A DNA stretch of 64,000 nucleotides, taken from contig JAPOOU010000246.1 in the NCBI GenBank assembly GCA_026713245.1, forward strand, positions 882 to 64,881. The letters run 5' to 3'. Both the position numbers and the translations under genes were made by a program. This document shows, piece after piece, positions 26,404 through 35,599 of the stretch; the stretch's first letter is position 1; each line of letters begins with the position of its first letter. The notes beneath the pieces were generated by a model that saw nothing but the letters and a program-made list of their open reading frames with translations, did no database searches and was not told the DNA's origin. Source of the DNA: Chloroflexota bacterium (GTDB lineage: Bacteria > Chloroflexota > Anaerolineae > Aggregatilineales > Phototrophicaceae).

Positions 26404-28560
26404 CTACGGTCTATTCCTCCGGATCCATTGCAATGGATCTATGTAGTGACTGATCAACATGTCGTAGTTGAGCTTGGGCCAATTCCCGGGCCGCGTCTCG
26501 AACATCGTGGTTGGACTGAGATCAAAATGTAAATGGGGCACAAAGCGCCCGAAAGCGTCGCCTACCTCGCAGATCCGTTCCCCACGCGCAACCCGCTGGC
26601 CCACTACCACACGCATATTCTGTACGTGTGCATAGCGGCTGTATATCACCGCCCCGCCAGGTTGGTGCAATGGATCGTGCTTGATTACGATCAGATTGCC
26701 CCAAATGCTTAGTCGCGCCGCAAATGTGACGACGCCGCTGGCGCAAGAATAAATCGACATGCCGCGGTCTTCATACGGGCGACCGAAATTCAAGTCGGCG
26801 CCAGTGTGATATGCTTCGCTGGGCGTACCGATGAAATACAGCTTGCCAAAGGGAGATGCATCCAGCCAACCGCGGGGCCAGACATCGCTGCCATTGCGTT
26901 GTTGGGTGGTGCCAATCGGCGAGTCGTACCCATCGGCGACGTATACGCCGTTAACAACGCTAGGCCTGTCGCCACCGCTGGATGGTGGCGAGGAGGGTTG
27001 GTTGTCCGGGTCCGGGGCCGGCGCATAACCCGGCGGTGTTGAGACAATTCGGCGAAATCGCACGGCATCGAAAGCGATCGATTTGCCCTCCTCGCCCGTC
27101 ACGTCATTCAAGAAGACGCGCCCGGCATTGGGCATGCGGCGATCGAGATCAAAAATGCCCAGGGGCACCCAGGTATTTCGGTTGATCTGCTGGTTGATGT
27201 CAATAACGACTTCGGTGTCCGTGCCGACGATGCCGTGCACCTTGTATCGCGCGCGCGTCGTCGTTGAATATCGGCTGGGAATGAAAGCGGAAATCTCGTA
27301 CAACCCGGACTGTGGCAGATCGTCGCGCCACTCCGCCCAAACTTTGCTCGTACGGACTTCCGTAGTTGTATGCAAGTAATCCCAACCCCAGGTATTTTGC
27401 CGCACATTAAATTCGGGCTGGCCCGTATAAGTGCCGCTGCGGAATCCCTGTCCGGCGGGCAAAATCGTGACCTCATCCGTGAAGTTCTCAACGTTTTCGA
27501 GGCTTACTTCCGCCGGGGACTGCGTCAGTTCAATTGCCGTATTGATCGCCGTCCACTGAGAAATCACGCCGTAGCGCCACCAACTCAATCCCTTGGCGCC
27601 GTGCTGTTGCGTCGCAAGCGTATGCGCCTCCGTTTGTTCCTGCACGGGCGCCTTGCCCTGCAACGCCGGGATTATCGGTTTGCCGTATCCGCCCCAGGCG
27701 GCATACATATCGCTCAGCGTGTTTTCGACCGACCTGCGAAAGGTCGACCAATACGTTTGTGGATGTACGCTATCGACAAAGGGACTCCAGGCGTCGGGGA
27801 AAATCGCCGCTTTGTTATGCTGACGCGGATCAATGCTTATGCCAATATGAAAATTCGTGCCCAGCCCGCGTCGAAGCGCGAGCATGAAGGGACGGACACC
27901 CGCTTCTCCCCCCTGCCAGTAGCCCGGCGGCTGCTCTATATCCAGTATCAGCGAATGGACGCCGGGGCGCTCACAGGCTTCAACTAAAATCGCGCTTTCC
28001 GCATCCGCATCCAGGCCATGAGGCACGCACCAGGCATGAAACTCGAGCCCAGCGCTTTGACAGGCGCTTACCCATGTATCGATGGCGCTCGCGCCTGATA
28101 TCGCCAGCGCGCTGCTGTCGAACTCGCCCATCCAGTCGCTGCCCTCGGTGATCTTGACCCAGATTTGGTTCACGTTTGGCGTACGAGACTTGATGTTGCT
28201 GAGCAGTTGTTCGATTGAGTCCTCGGCAATGGCTGTTCCCTTCCAGTGCCAAAGCGCCACTTTGCCATCATATGGCGTCGGGGGATGTGGAGAGGGCGCC
28301 GCTCCAATAGCGGGAATGAATTCGACATAGCCGGCATAAACCCAACCGCGCAAACCCGCCTTCTCCACCCAGACCCAGTTTCCCGGGGTCTTCGTATCCG
28401 GATAATAGACTACCAGCGCATTATCCAGCAAATCTCCAACATCTTGATAGTTTATGCCTGGGCCGCGGCGGACGTTGCTGTATGCCGACTTGGTATTGGC
28501 GATTGCGACGACCGGATTGCCCGGTTGGGCAGGTTTTGGCTTCGATACGATACTGGACAT
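26404..28560 (-). CDS. Multidomain cell-wall hydrolase: SH3b, TIM-barrel glycoside-hydrolase-like region, Pro-rich linker, M23 metallopeptidase
   Basis: N-terminal SH3b-like (SAYSNVRRGPGINYQDVGDL...GWVYAGYV). C-terminal M23 motifs (YHTGADLN, HLHFDL). The GH-like assignment of the middle region is tentative. Confidence 0.72.
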   Translation of the reverse strand: MSSIVSKPKPAQPGNPVVAIANTKSAYSNVRRGPGINYQDVGDLLDNALVVYYPDTKTPGNWVWVEKAGLRGWVYAGYVEFIPAIGAAPSPHPPTPYDGKVALWHWKGTAIAEDSIEQLLSNIKSRTPNVNQIWVKITEGSDWMGEFDSSALAISGASAIDTWVSACQSAGLEFHAWCVPHGLDADAESAILVEACERPGVHSLILDIEQPPGYWQGGEAGVRPFMLALRRGLGTNFHIGISIDPRQHNKAAIFPDAWSPFVDSVHPQTYWSTFRRSVENTLSDMYAAWGGYGKPIIPALQGKAPVQEQTEAHTLATQQHGAKGLSWWRYGVISQWTAINTAIELTQSPAEVSLENVENFTDEVTILPAGQGFRSGTYTGQPEFNVRQNTWGWDYLHTTTEVRTSKVWAEWRDDLPQSGLYEISAFIPSRYSTTTRARYKVHGIVGTDTEVVIDINQQINRNTWVPLGIFDLDRRMPNAGRVFLNDVTGEEGKSIAFDAVRFRRIVSTPPGYAPAPDPDNQPSSPPSSGGDRPSVVNGVYVADGYDSPIGTTQQRNGSDVWPRGWLDASPFGKLYFIGTPSEAYHTGADLNFGRPYEDRGMSIYSCASGVVTFAARLSIWGNLIVIKHDPLHQPGGAVIYSRYAHVQNMRVVVGQRVARGERICEVGDAFGRFVPHLHFDLSPTTMFETRPGNWPKLNYDMLISHYIDPLQWIRRNRP

Positions 28561-28751
28561 GCAGCGCTCCCCTGGCAGTTGATGGTTTTGTCTTCAGCCG
28601 ACCAATGTATAGCTATCGATAATGGGCGAATCTCGCGAAACTCGCAAGCCGAGACCAGCATAAATCGACCGCAGACAGGCGCGAGTCCAGTCGCCTGGCT
28701 GCGCACGCCAATCGCGGAACCACAATGTGAAAGCGATCTAACGCGACAGGC

Positions 28752-28775
28752 GTCAGCGACGAAAGAGTCGCTGAC
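28752..28775 (-). terminator. GC-rich hairpin (GTCAGCGAC-gaaaga-GTCGCTGAC) downstream of the aminopeptidase gene
   Basis: Perfect 9-bp stem 38 nt past the stop. No clear U-tract, so terminator function is uncertain. Confidence 0.3.
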
Positions 28776-28813
28776 ACCGATTTGATCCCGGTTTCTAGAG
28801 GTTATTCGGGGGA

Positions 28814-29917
28814 CTAGATTGTGAAGGCGCCATTCTCGTACAAGAGTTCGTCATCGACGATGATTGCGCTATCCGTCCGCATGTCGCAAATCATATCCCA
28901 ATGAACGGCGCTGGTATTGCGGCTGCCCGTCTCCGGGTAGCCCATGCCGATCGCCATATGAATAGTTCCGCCAATCTTTTCGTCATAGAGGACGCTGCCG
29001 GTAAAGCGGTCGATCCCGAAATTTGTGCCGATTGCGAATTCACCCAGGTATCGCGCGCCATCGTCGGTGTTCAATTGCGCCTGGAGCAGATCGTCGTTCA
29101 TCTCGGCTGAGGCTCGGGTCACCTTGCCCTCTTCGAAGGTCAGCTCGATGCCGCTAACGGCTCGACCGCCGACAATTGCCGGATAGGAAAAGCGCACCCA
29201 ACCGTTGACGCTGTCTTCAACAGGACCAGTGAAAATCTCCCCGCTGGGCATATTGCGTTTGCCGTCGCTATTGATAAAGCGACGCCCCGCAATACTCAAT
29301 TCGAGTTCGATGTTGGGCCCTTGCAACTGAATACGCTTCTTGCCGACCAGGTAATCGACCTTGTGCTGCTGCATAGCGCTTAGCTTGCGCCACTCTCCCG
29401 CCGGGTCCTTATGATCGCAGAAGCAAGCGCGATAAACGAAGTCTTCATATTCCTCGAAGCTCATATTAGCTTCCTGGGCCAATGCCTGGGTCGGAAATAG
29501 CGTTCCCACCCAACGGAATTTTCCCGTCGCGGCGCGCTGCAATCTTGTCTGAAGTATGTCGCTTTGGGCAGCGCGCTGCATCTGCAAGCGCTGCGCGTCA
29601 ATGTCCGTCATCGCTCGCGTGTTCTCTGGCGCCATCGCCCGGATGTATACGTCCGCTTCATCAACGTACAACTGCATGCGCGGATCTATCCACTGCATCT
29701 GATCGTCGTTGGCATTGCGCAACAAATAGCGCTGCATCTGATCGTCCTCGACAATTAGGCTGGGGAAGCCGCCAGCGTCGATTACCGATTCATAGATGTC
29801 GCGCAAAATCGGCAACGATCCAAAGTCGCCGAGTATCCCGACCCAATCTCCCGGCTGCACCTGGGTTGAGTATTCAACCAGCAAGCGCGCCAATTTCCGA
29901 CGTCGTGTATCGCTCAT
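28814..29917 (-). CDS. M29-family aminopeptidase (AmpS/aminopeptidase T-like)
   Basis: Length and motifs (…GTNFGIDRFTG…GGTIHMAIG…AVHWDMICDM) typical of peptidase M29. Confidence 0.85.
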   Translation of the reverse strand: MSDTRRRKLARLLVEYSTQVQPGDWVGILGDFGSLPILRDIYESVIDAGGFPSLIVEDDQMQRYLLRNANDDQMQWIDPRMQLYVDEADVYIRAMAPENTRAMTDIDAQRLQMQRAAQSDILQTRLQRAATGKFRWVGTLFPTQALAQEANMSFEEYEDFVYRACFCDHKDPAGEWRKLSAMQQHKVDYLVGKKRIQLQGPNIELELSIAGRRFINSDGKRNMPSGEIFTGPVEDSVNGWVRFSYPAIVGGRAVSGIELTFEEGKVTRASAEMNDDLLQAQLNTDDGARYLGEFAIGTNFGIDRFTGSVLYDEKIGGTIHMAIGMGYPETGSRNTSAVHWDMICDMRTDSAIIVDDELLYENGAFTI

Positions 29918-29943
29918 CGCTTTTCCAATATCCTCGTACCGGC

Positions 29944-30456
29944 CTAGCCGGTAGCCAATTCGCGCGCTTTTGCCAGGGCGGCGTCGTAATCAACTTCGTC
30001 GCCAATGACTTCCACGTATTCCGCGTGTTTTAAGACGTTGCTTTGATCAATGACAAATACCGCGCGCTGACAGATCCGCCATTCCGTATCGTGGACGCCG
30101 TAATCATCGGCAAACTTCATGTCTCGCTGGGTCGATAGCGTCTCTGTGTTTTCGATGCCTTCCGCGCTACAGAAGCGGCCCAGCGCGAAGGGCATATCCG
30201 CGCTCACGGTCAAGACAACAGTGTTGTCCAAGGCCGCCGCTTCTTGGTTGAAACGCCGTGTCTGGACGGAACAGACGCCGGTGTCAATGGATGGAATCAC
30301 ACTTATGATCTTGACCTGGTCGCCGTAGTCGGCGAGGGACTTCGAACCCAGATCGTTGGAAATCAGATTAAAGTCCGGCGCGCTTGTTCCGGTTTGAAGC
30401 ATCTCGTTTTGAACATGATGTTCGTTATCGCCCACCATCAATCCTTTGCGTACCAT
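29944..30456 (-). CDS. tpx: Thiol peroxidase (atypical 2-Cys peroxiredoxin Tpx)
   Basis: APDF...SVIPSIDTGVCSVQTRRFN with the peroxidatic Cys context, plus FCSAEGI with the resolving Cys. Confidence 0.9.
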   Translation of the reverse strand: MVRKGLMVGDNEHHVQNEMLQTGTSAPDFNLISNDLGSKSLADYGDQVKIISVIPSIDTGVCSVQTRRFNQEAAALDNTVVLTVSADMPFALGRFCSAEGIENTETLSTQRDMKFADDYGVHDTEWRICQRAVFVIDQSNVLKHAEYVEVIGDEVDYDAALAKARELATG

Positions 30457-30592
30457 TTCTTTTGCTCCTTTGTTCTGCTAATGGGATATTTACTTTGTAT
30501 CGGCTATTATGAGAATTATAGACCGATAGTCACTTGTATCAAGGTGATACCATAATCGCCATTGATTTCACGTAAACCAAGGGAGAATTTAC

Positions 30593-31231
30593 ATGAGACA
30601 GAATCGGGCCATCATCGGCATAGCAGTGATAATCGTTGTTGTCGCGGGTCTGGCAATTACCCAACCGTGGCTCTACTTCGTAACAAACGAAGTAGATGAG
30701 GCTTTCCCCGGATTGACCGCCGCACAACGCGACGCCGTACGCGACATGCCCGAAGAGGAAAAAGACGCGCTCGTGGCCATGGCGAAGGAAAACGAGGATA
30801 TGGCGAAAGAAGTGGCCATCGCCCAGACCGGGGCTGATGTCGTTGTGCCGCAAGCGCAGCAATCGATGCCGCCCGAAATGCCGGCCGAGCCGCTCGTACA
30901 TTCATCGGGCTCGTTCATTGATATCGATCCTATCCACGGCGCTGTGGGTACGGCCACGATCTACGAATTGCCCGGCGGCGACCGCGTCTTGCGATTTGAG
31001 GACTTTCGCTCCAAGAATGGACCAGATCTGCATGTCTATCTGTCAACCGAGGTACCGACGAGCACCTTTGCCGGTCTGGGCAGCAACGAATTGCACCTTG
31101 GCGCTCTAAAGGGAAACGTCGGCAACCAAAACTACGAGATTCCAACGGAAGTCGATTTAAGCCAGTATCGGAGCGTGGTGATATATTGCAGGCCGTTTCG
31201 CGTTGTCTTCAGCTCGGCAGCGCTGTCATAA
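30593..31231 (+). CDS. DM13-domain protein with an N-terminal membrane anchor or signal
   Basis: SGSFIDIDPIHGAVGTATIYELPGGDRVLRFEDFRSKNGPDLHVYLS...VVIYCRPFRVVF matches the DM13 pattern. Confidence 0.7.
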   Translation: MRQNRAIIGIAVIIVVVAGLAITQPWLYFVTNEVDEAFPGLTAAQRDAVRDMPEEEKDALVAMAKENEDMAKEVAIAQTGADVVVPQAQQSMPPEMPAEPLVHSSGSFIDIDPIHGAVGTATIYELPGGDRVLRFEDFRSKNGPDLHVYLSTEVPTSTFAGLGSNELHLGALKGNVGNQNYEIPTEVDLSQYRSVVIYCRPFRVVFSSAALS

Positions 31232-31254
31232 TTCGCCAGCGCAGGGTGTAACCT

Positions 31255-32856
31255 TCAATCGAAAACGCGGTGGCGCCATTTCCCGTCGACAATTGTGCCG
31301 AGCACCATGACAGAGGCCAATGCTTCGGGTGGAAGTTGGTAGGGGTCGCAATCTATAACGAGCATGTCCGCAAGATAGCCGACCGCCAGCCTGCCAAGTC
31401 TGTCTTCCATGCCGGCGGCGTAGGCTGGTCCTTGTGTGAAACCGAGCAAAGCCTCGTGCAAGCCAATTCGCGCTTCCGGGCGCCATCCCTCTGCCGGCAA
31501 GTCATTGCGCTGACGGGTAACGGCTGCGTGGATGCCCAGCCAGGGATTGAAGGGCTCCACCGGCGCGTCCGAACCGAATGCGATCCGCGCTCCATGGTCC
31601 AACTGTAGGCGCGGATTGTACGCGTAGGCACTGCGATCGCCCCAGTATCGATCCGCAGTGGTCATGTCCGAAGTTGCATGAATCGGCTGCATCGACGCGA
31701 TTATGTCCAGTTCAGCCAAGCGCCCAGCGTCCTGCGGGTGAATAATCTGAACGTGCTCGATTCGGTGTCGGCGGCTTGTTCGCGGTTCGCTTCGCGCCTG
31801 TTCTTCGCGGCGGACGATTTCGTAAACGTCCAGCACATCATGTACGGCCTTGTCGCCTATAGCATGAATCGTCGACGACAGACCGAGCTCGCTCGCGCGG
31901 CTGGCGTGTTCAACCATCTCTTCCTTATCGACCAAGGCCATGCCGAAGTTTTCCGGTTCGCCAATGTATGGCTCAAACATTAGCGCGGTCTTCGGCCCCA
32001 GGGCGCCGTCCGCAAAGAGTTTCAGCGCGCCGAACCTGATCCAGTCGTCTCCGAAGCCGCTACGGATTCCCGTTTCCAGCGCCGCGTCCAACCAGTTCAA
32101 ATTGATATGCTTGAGCGCGCGCAAGCCCAGCCTACCTTGCTCGCGCAGCAATTGCAGCGAAACCAGACAGGACGGGTCGTCAAAATCATGGATCATTGTG
32201 ATGCCATACGCGAGCGCTTGTTTCTGCGCCTCCGCCATCATATCCGCCAACTGCGCGCTTGTCGGATCGGGGACCGCCGCCTTTACCAGGTCGCCCGCCG
32301 TTTCGAGTAGGATTCCCGTAGCTTCGCCGGCGCCATCACGCATAATCTGGCCACCTTCGGGATCCGCAGTTGAAGTCGTAATGCCAGCGAGCTCGAGCGC
32401 TTTGGAATTGACCCAGTCCGCGTGCCCGCTCTTCGCGAACAAGACCACCGGATTCTCCGGCGCGACGGCATCCAGGTCGAGTCTTGTCGGGAAGGCGCGA
32501 TCCGCCCAAATATCTTGAGCCCAACCCTGCCCGGTGATCCATTCACCGGCCGGGGTTGCAGCGGCGCGATCGCCGACTCGCTCTAGGGCGATCTCTTTGC
32601 TGGGCACTTCAAATACGTCGACAGAGCGCAGGGCGCGCGATTGCCACTCCCAGTGAAGATGAGCGTCCGACAAACCGGGAAGAACCGTTTTTCCGTCCAG
32701 ATTGATTTCATTCGTGCCAGGCCCGGCCAAGCGACGGACCTCGCTGTCATCGCCGAGGGCTGCAATGCGCCCATACGCCGTCGCCAGCGCGGCGGCTCTC
32801 GGCTGTCTCTCGTCCAGTGTGATAATGTTTCCATTGAAAAGAATCGTATCGATCAA
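31255..32856 (-). CDS. Amidohydrolase-family metal-dependent hydrolase (Amidohydro_3/YtcJ-like)
   Basis: LPGLSDAHLHWEW (HxH), HAIGD, HRIEHVQ and FGSDAPV metal-ligand motifs. Confidence 0.8.
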   Translation of the reverse strand: MIDTILFNGNIITLDERQPRAAALATAYGRIAALGDDSEVRRLAGPGTNEINLDGKTVLPGLSDAHLHWEWQSRALRSVDVFEVPSKEIALERVGDRAAATPAGEWITGQGWAQDIWADRAFPTRLDLDAVAPENPVVLFAKSGHADWVNSKALELAGITTSTADPEGGQIMRDGAGEATGILLETAGDLVKAAVPDPTSAQLADMMAEAQKQALAYGITMIHDFDDPSCLVSLQLLREQGRLGLRALKHINLNWLDAALETGIRSGFGDDWIRFGALKLFADGALGPKTALMFEPYIGEPENFGMALVDKEEMVEHASRASELGLSSTIHAIGDKAVHDVLDVYEIVRREEQARSEPRTSRRHRIEHVQIIHPQDAGRLAELDIIASMQPIHATSDMTTADRYWGDRSAYAYNPRLQLDHGARIAFGSDAPVEPFNPWLGIHAAVTRQRNDLPAEGWRPEARIGLHEALLGFTQGPAYAAGMEDRLGRLAVGYLADMLVIDCDPYQLPPEALASVMVLGTIVDGKWRHRVFD

Positions 32857-32859
32857 AGC

Positions 32860-33714
32860 TCATCCTCCTTGAAAGCGCTTAACTTCACGGGAGATTTCCT
32901 CTGAAGTTGGCGCGCTGTCAACGCCGCTGCGGGTTACAGAGTACGCGGCCAGGCGCCCGGCAATGCGTACCGCCTTTGGCACGTCGTCGTCGACAAAGGG
33001 CAGTACGCCGAGCAGCGACGCAGCGAATACGTCGCCGGCGCCGGTTAAGTCCAGCGGAATGACATCCGCACTCGCGTATCGAATCGCCTCTCCCGAGTTG
33101 TAGTATGTGCCCCCGTTGCGGCCGTTCGTAACGACCAGGTGCTTGCATGCGTCGCGCAATTTCTCTGTCAACTGGGGATACTGCTGTATATCTTCCTGAC
33201 TATAGATAACAATGTCGATCAATCTTAAGGCTTCGGCGTCAAACCAGGGTCGGAAGCGAACCAAACCGTCTTCGCCCCATTGCCGCATCAAACCCTGCAA
33301 TGTCAGCATCACCGTAGCATTTTGAAAGTTGCGCGCCATTTCCAGCGGTTCAAGCTCGGCCGCCAGGGGACCCAAGTGCACATAGGGAACATCGACCCAA
33401 GCATTGGGCACGTCGCCGTAGCGAATATTGCATGCCGTCGCGCGGACAAACTGCTGTCGCCCTCGGTCGCTGTATACGTTTTCGTAAGTCAACGAGGAGG
33501 ACGCTGGTAGCGAAACGACTTTGCCAAAGGGCAGCAGATGGTTGAGCAAGGACTCGTCATAGGCGGCGCTGGTCAAAACGCCGACACGGCGCCCAAACGC
33601 CGCGTATGTCGGCGCGGCATAAGAAACCGTGCCACCAAGCATCTTGCCGCCGGGAACAAGGTCAGCTGTCATGTGGCCGACCACCAAGACATCAATTTCA
33701 GCAGTCATGGTCAT
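32860..33714 (-). CDS. PfkB-family carbohydrate/nucleoside kinase
   Basis: C-terminal PfkB signature DLTGAGDVFAASLLG. Stop lies 3 nt from the downstream amidohydrolase start. Confidence 0.75.
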   Translation of the reverse strand: MTMTAEIDVLVVGHMTADLVPGGKMLGGTVSYAAPTYAAFGRRVGVLTSAAYDESLLNHLLPFGKVVSLPASSSLTYENVYSDRGRQQFVRATACNIRYGDVPNAWVDVPYVHLGPLAAELEPLEMARNFQNATVMLTLQGLMRQWGEDGLVRFRPWFDAEALRLIDIVIYSQEDIQQYPQLTEKLRDACKHLVVTNGRNGGTYYNSGEAIRYASADVIPLDLTGAGDVFAASLLGVLPFVDDDVPKAVRIAGRLAAYSVTRSGVDSAPTSEEISREVKRFQGG

Positions 33715-33825
33715 TCGAATTCAGGTTGCTGCAGCCGCTCGGCGCGCAATCGGCGAAAGGGCCACGGCAAAGTCGCGCTCACACAGAACAAAGAGTCTTT
33801 CGCCTGCAAAAGCAAGGAGGACTCT

Positions 33826-33861
33826 CTAAAAGGAGTAGAGACGCAGTAATTGCGTCTCTAC
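33826..33861 (-). terminator. Rho-independent terminator of the rpmH-jag operon
   Basis: Perfect 11-bp stem GTAGAGACGCA-5 nt-TGCGTCTCTAC, 30 nt past the jag stop, followed on the minus strand by UCCUUUUAG. Confidence 0.65.
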
Positions 33862-33890
33862 ATGATATCAAAACTGATAGCCGCAACCTG

Positions 33891-34631
33891 TCAATTGGGA
33901 ACGATCGTAACTTTGCGGGCGCGTCCCTCTCCGATGCTGCGCGTAGTAACGTCTTGACGGCCCCGCAACGTCAAATGGATTATGCGGCGTTCGTTGGGGT
34001 GCATCGGCTCGAGTGTAATGGTGCGGCCCTGTTGCACCGCCTGCTTCGCCATTCGATTAGCCAGGCCACGCAGCCGTTTTGAGCGACCGGCTTTATAACC
34101 GGCTGCGTCCACGATAATATTTGCGCGCCGCTGCAAGCGGCGGCTGCAGATCAGTCGAACGACATACTGCATGGACGACAAGGTTTCTCCACGTCTGCCA
34201 ATCAAGCGATTGATGCCTTCCCCCGTCACGTTTAACATCCAGTGGGGATCTTCACCGTCCGCGTCGTCATCCGCAAGGTGTGCGGTGACGTGTCCGTTAA
34301 CCCCCATTTTATCGAGCAATTCTTCGAGAACCTGCTTACCGACGACGGCGTCTTCGCCCAGTTCTTCCTGGGATACAGATTTCAGAGTAGGCTCAGAAGG
34401 GTAGTCTTCGCTGGTCGTTTCGTCTACAATTGCGACTTCCGGCTCTGCCGTCTTCCGTCTACCGATGAGCACCATACGGACGCGCGCCTCCTTCGCGCCA
34501 AAACCGAAAAGTCCCGTATTCGGTTCTTCCAGGACTTCAATCATCACGTCCGCCGGCGCCGCGTTTAATTCGGCCAACCCCTTGCTGATCGCTGATTCGA
34601 CCGAGTTACCGGTCACTTCTATCATTTCCAT
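33891..34631 (-). CDS. jag: Jag/KhpB RNA-binding protein (Jag_N, KH, R3H)
   Basis: N-terminal GNSVESAISKGLAEL, KH-like IGRRGETLSSMQYV, C-terminal R3H (NERRIIHLTL). Lies downstream of yidC. Confidence 0.85.
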   Translation of the reverse strand: MEMIEVTGNSVESAISKGLAELNAAPADVMIEVLEEPNTGLFGFGAKEARVRMVLIGRRKTAEPEVAIVDETTSEDYPSEPTLKSVSQEELGEDAVVGKQVLEELLDKMGVNGHVTAHLADDDADGEDPHWMLNVTGEGINRLIGRRGETLSSMQYVVRLICSRRLQRRANIIVDAAGYKAGRSKRLRGLANRMAKQAVQQGRTITLEPMHPNERRIIHLTLRGRQDVTTRSIGEGRARKVTIVPN

Positions 34632-34670
34632 GTTGTCATCCTCTGTCGTCGATGCGCCCGATGCAACAGC

Positions 34671-35576
34671 TTACTTCTTGCGAGGCTTCTTTTTCCTTGA
34701 CCGGCGTGGTTTCTTTGCCGGTTGGTCATCATCTAGTTCAACATCGACAATCACATCGTCAGTCTGCTTTTTCCTAAACACCTTATCCAGCAATTGCCGC
34801 CCTTGCGGACTGTATTGAACAATACCGATCAAGTTGGAGGTCACGAAATAGATTGACAACCCTACCGAAAACGAAAGCGAAAAGGCGCCGAACATGATGG
34901 GCATGATTGTTGTCATGCTCTTGGTCATTGCTTGCGCCTGGCCTCCAACGCCGCTGCCGCTATCGTCATCATCGTCGTCATCCTTCTGCTCGCTCTTGCC
35001 CTTGGTCGAAGCCATTGTCAACTTGGACTGGGCCCAGGTCGTAACAAGCACCAGGAGCGGCAACACCAGCGCGTAAGACGGGTTCGCCGTTGGCGGCAGC
35101 GTCAGATCCATTTCGGGCAAAATATGCATCAGCCCCGGTATCGGGCTCCACATTCTTTGCAGCGGAATCAAGGCATCCAATCCCGGGATGAGCAATCGCT
35201 CGGATAGATCAATCAACTGGAAAGGCGTCGCCGCCAGGGCAAAGAATATCGCCTGGTACAAACCTATCAATATCGGGAACTGGATTACCAGTGGAAAACA
35301 GCCGCCCACCGGATTAACTTTGTTCTCCCGATATAACTTCATTTGGGCCTGGGAGAGTTTCTCCTTATCGTTTTTGTATTTCTCTTGCAGCTTCTTCAAC
35401 TGCGGCTGAACCTGTTGCATCTTGCGCGATGACTCTTGCTGTTTCGCCAGCAACGGATAAGTCAAGAATCGAATAATCACTGTCAAAACGATAATCGCAA
35501 GAACGATATCCTGATTAAGAAGCGCGTACAACCAGGTCAGGATTGTCACGAAGGGGTTTAGGATGATATCCCACAT
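34671..35576 (-). CDS. yidC: Membrane protein insertase YidC (short, monoderm type) with a basic C-terminal tail
   Basis: …MQQVQPQLKKLQEKYKNDKEKL…LYRENKVNPVGGCFPLVIQFPILIGLY… and KKPRRSRKKKPRKK tail. Confidence 0.9.
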   Translation of the reverse strand: MWDIILNPFVTILTWLYALLNQDIVLAIIVLTVIIRFLTYPLLAKQQESSRKMQQVQPQLKKLQEKYKNDKEKLSQAQMKLYRENKVNPVGGCFPLVIQFPILIGLYQAIFFALAATPFQLIDLSERLLIPGLDALIPLQRMWSPIPGLMHILPEMDLTLPPTANPSYALVLPLLVLVTTWAQSKLTMASTKGKSEQKDDDDDDDSGSGVGGQAQAMTKSMTTIMPIMFGAFSLSFSVGLSIYFVTSNLIGIVQYSPQGRQLLDKVFRKKQTDDVIVDVELDDDQPAKKPRRSRKKKPRKK

Positions 35577-35599
35577 ACCACAGTGCTCCTGTCGAAAGG

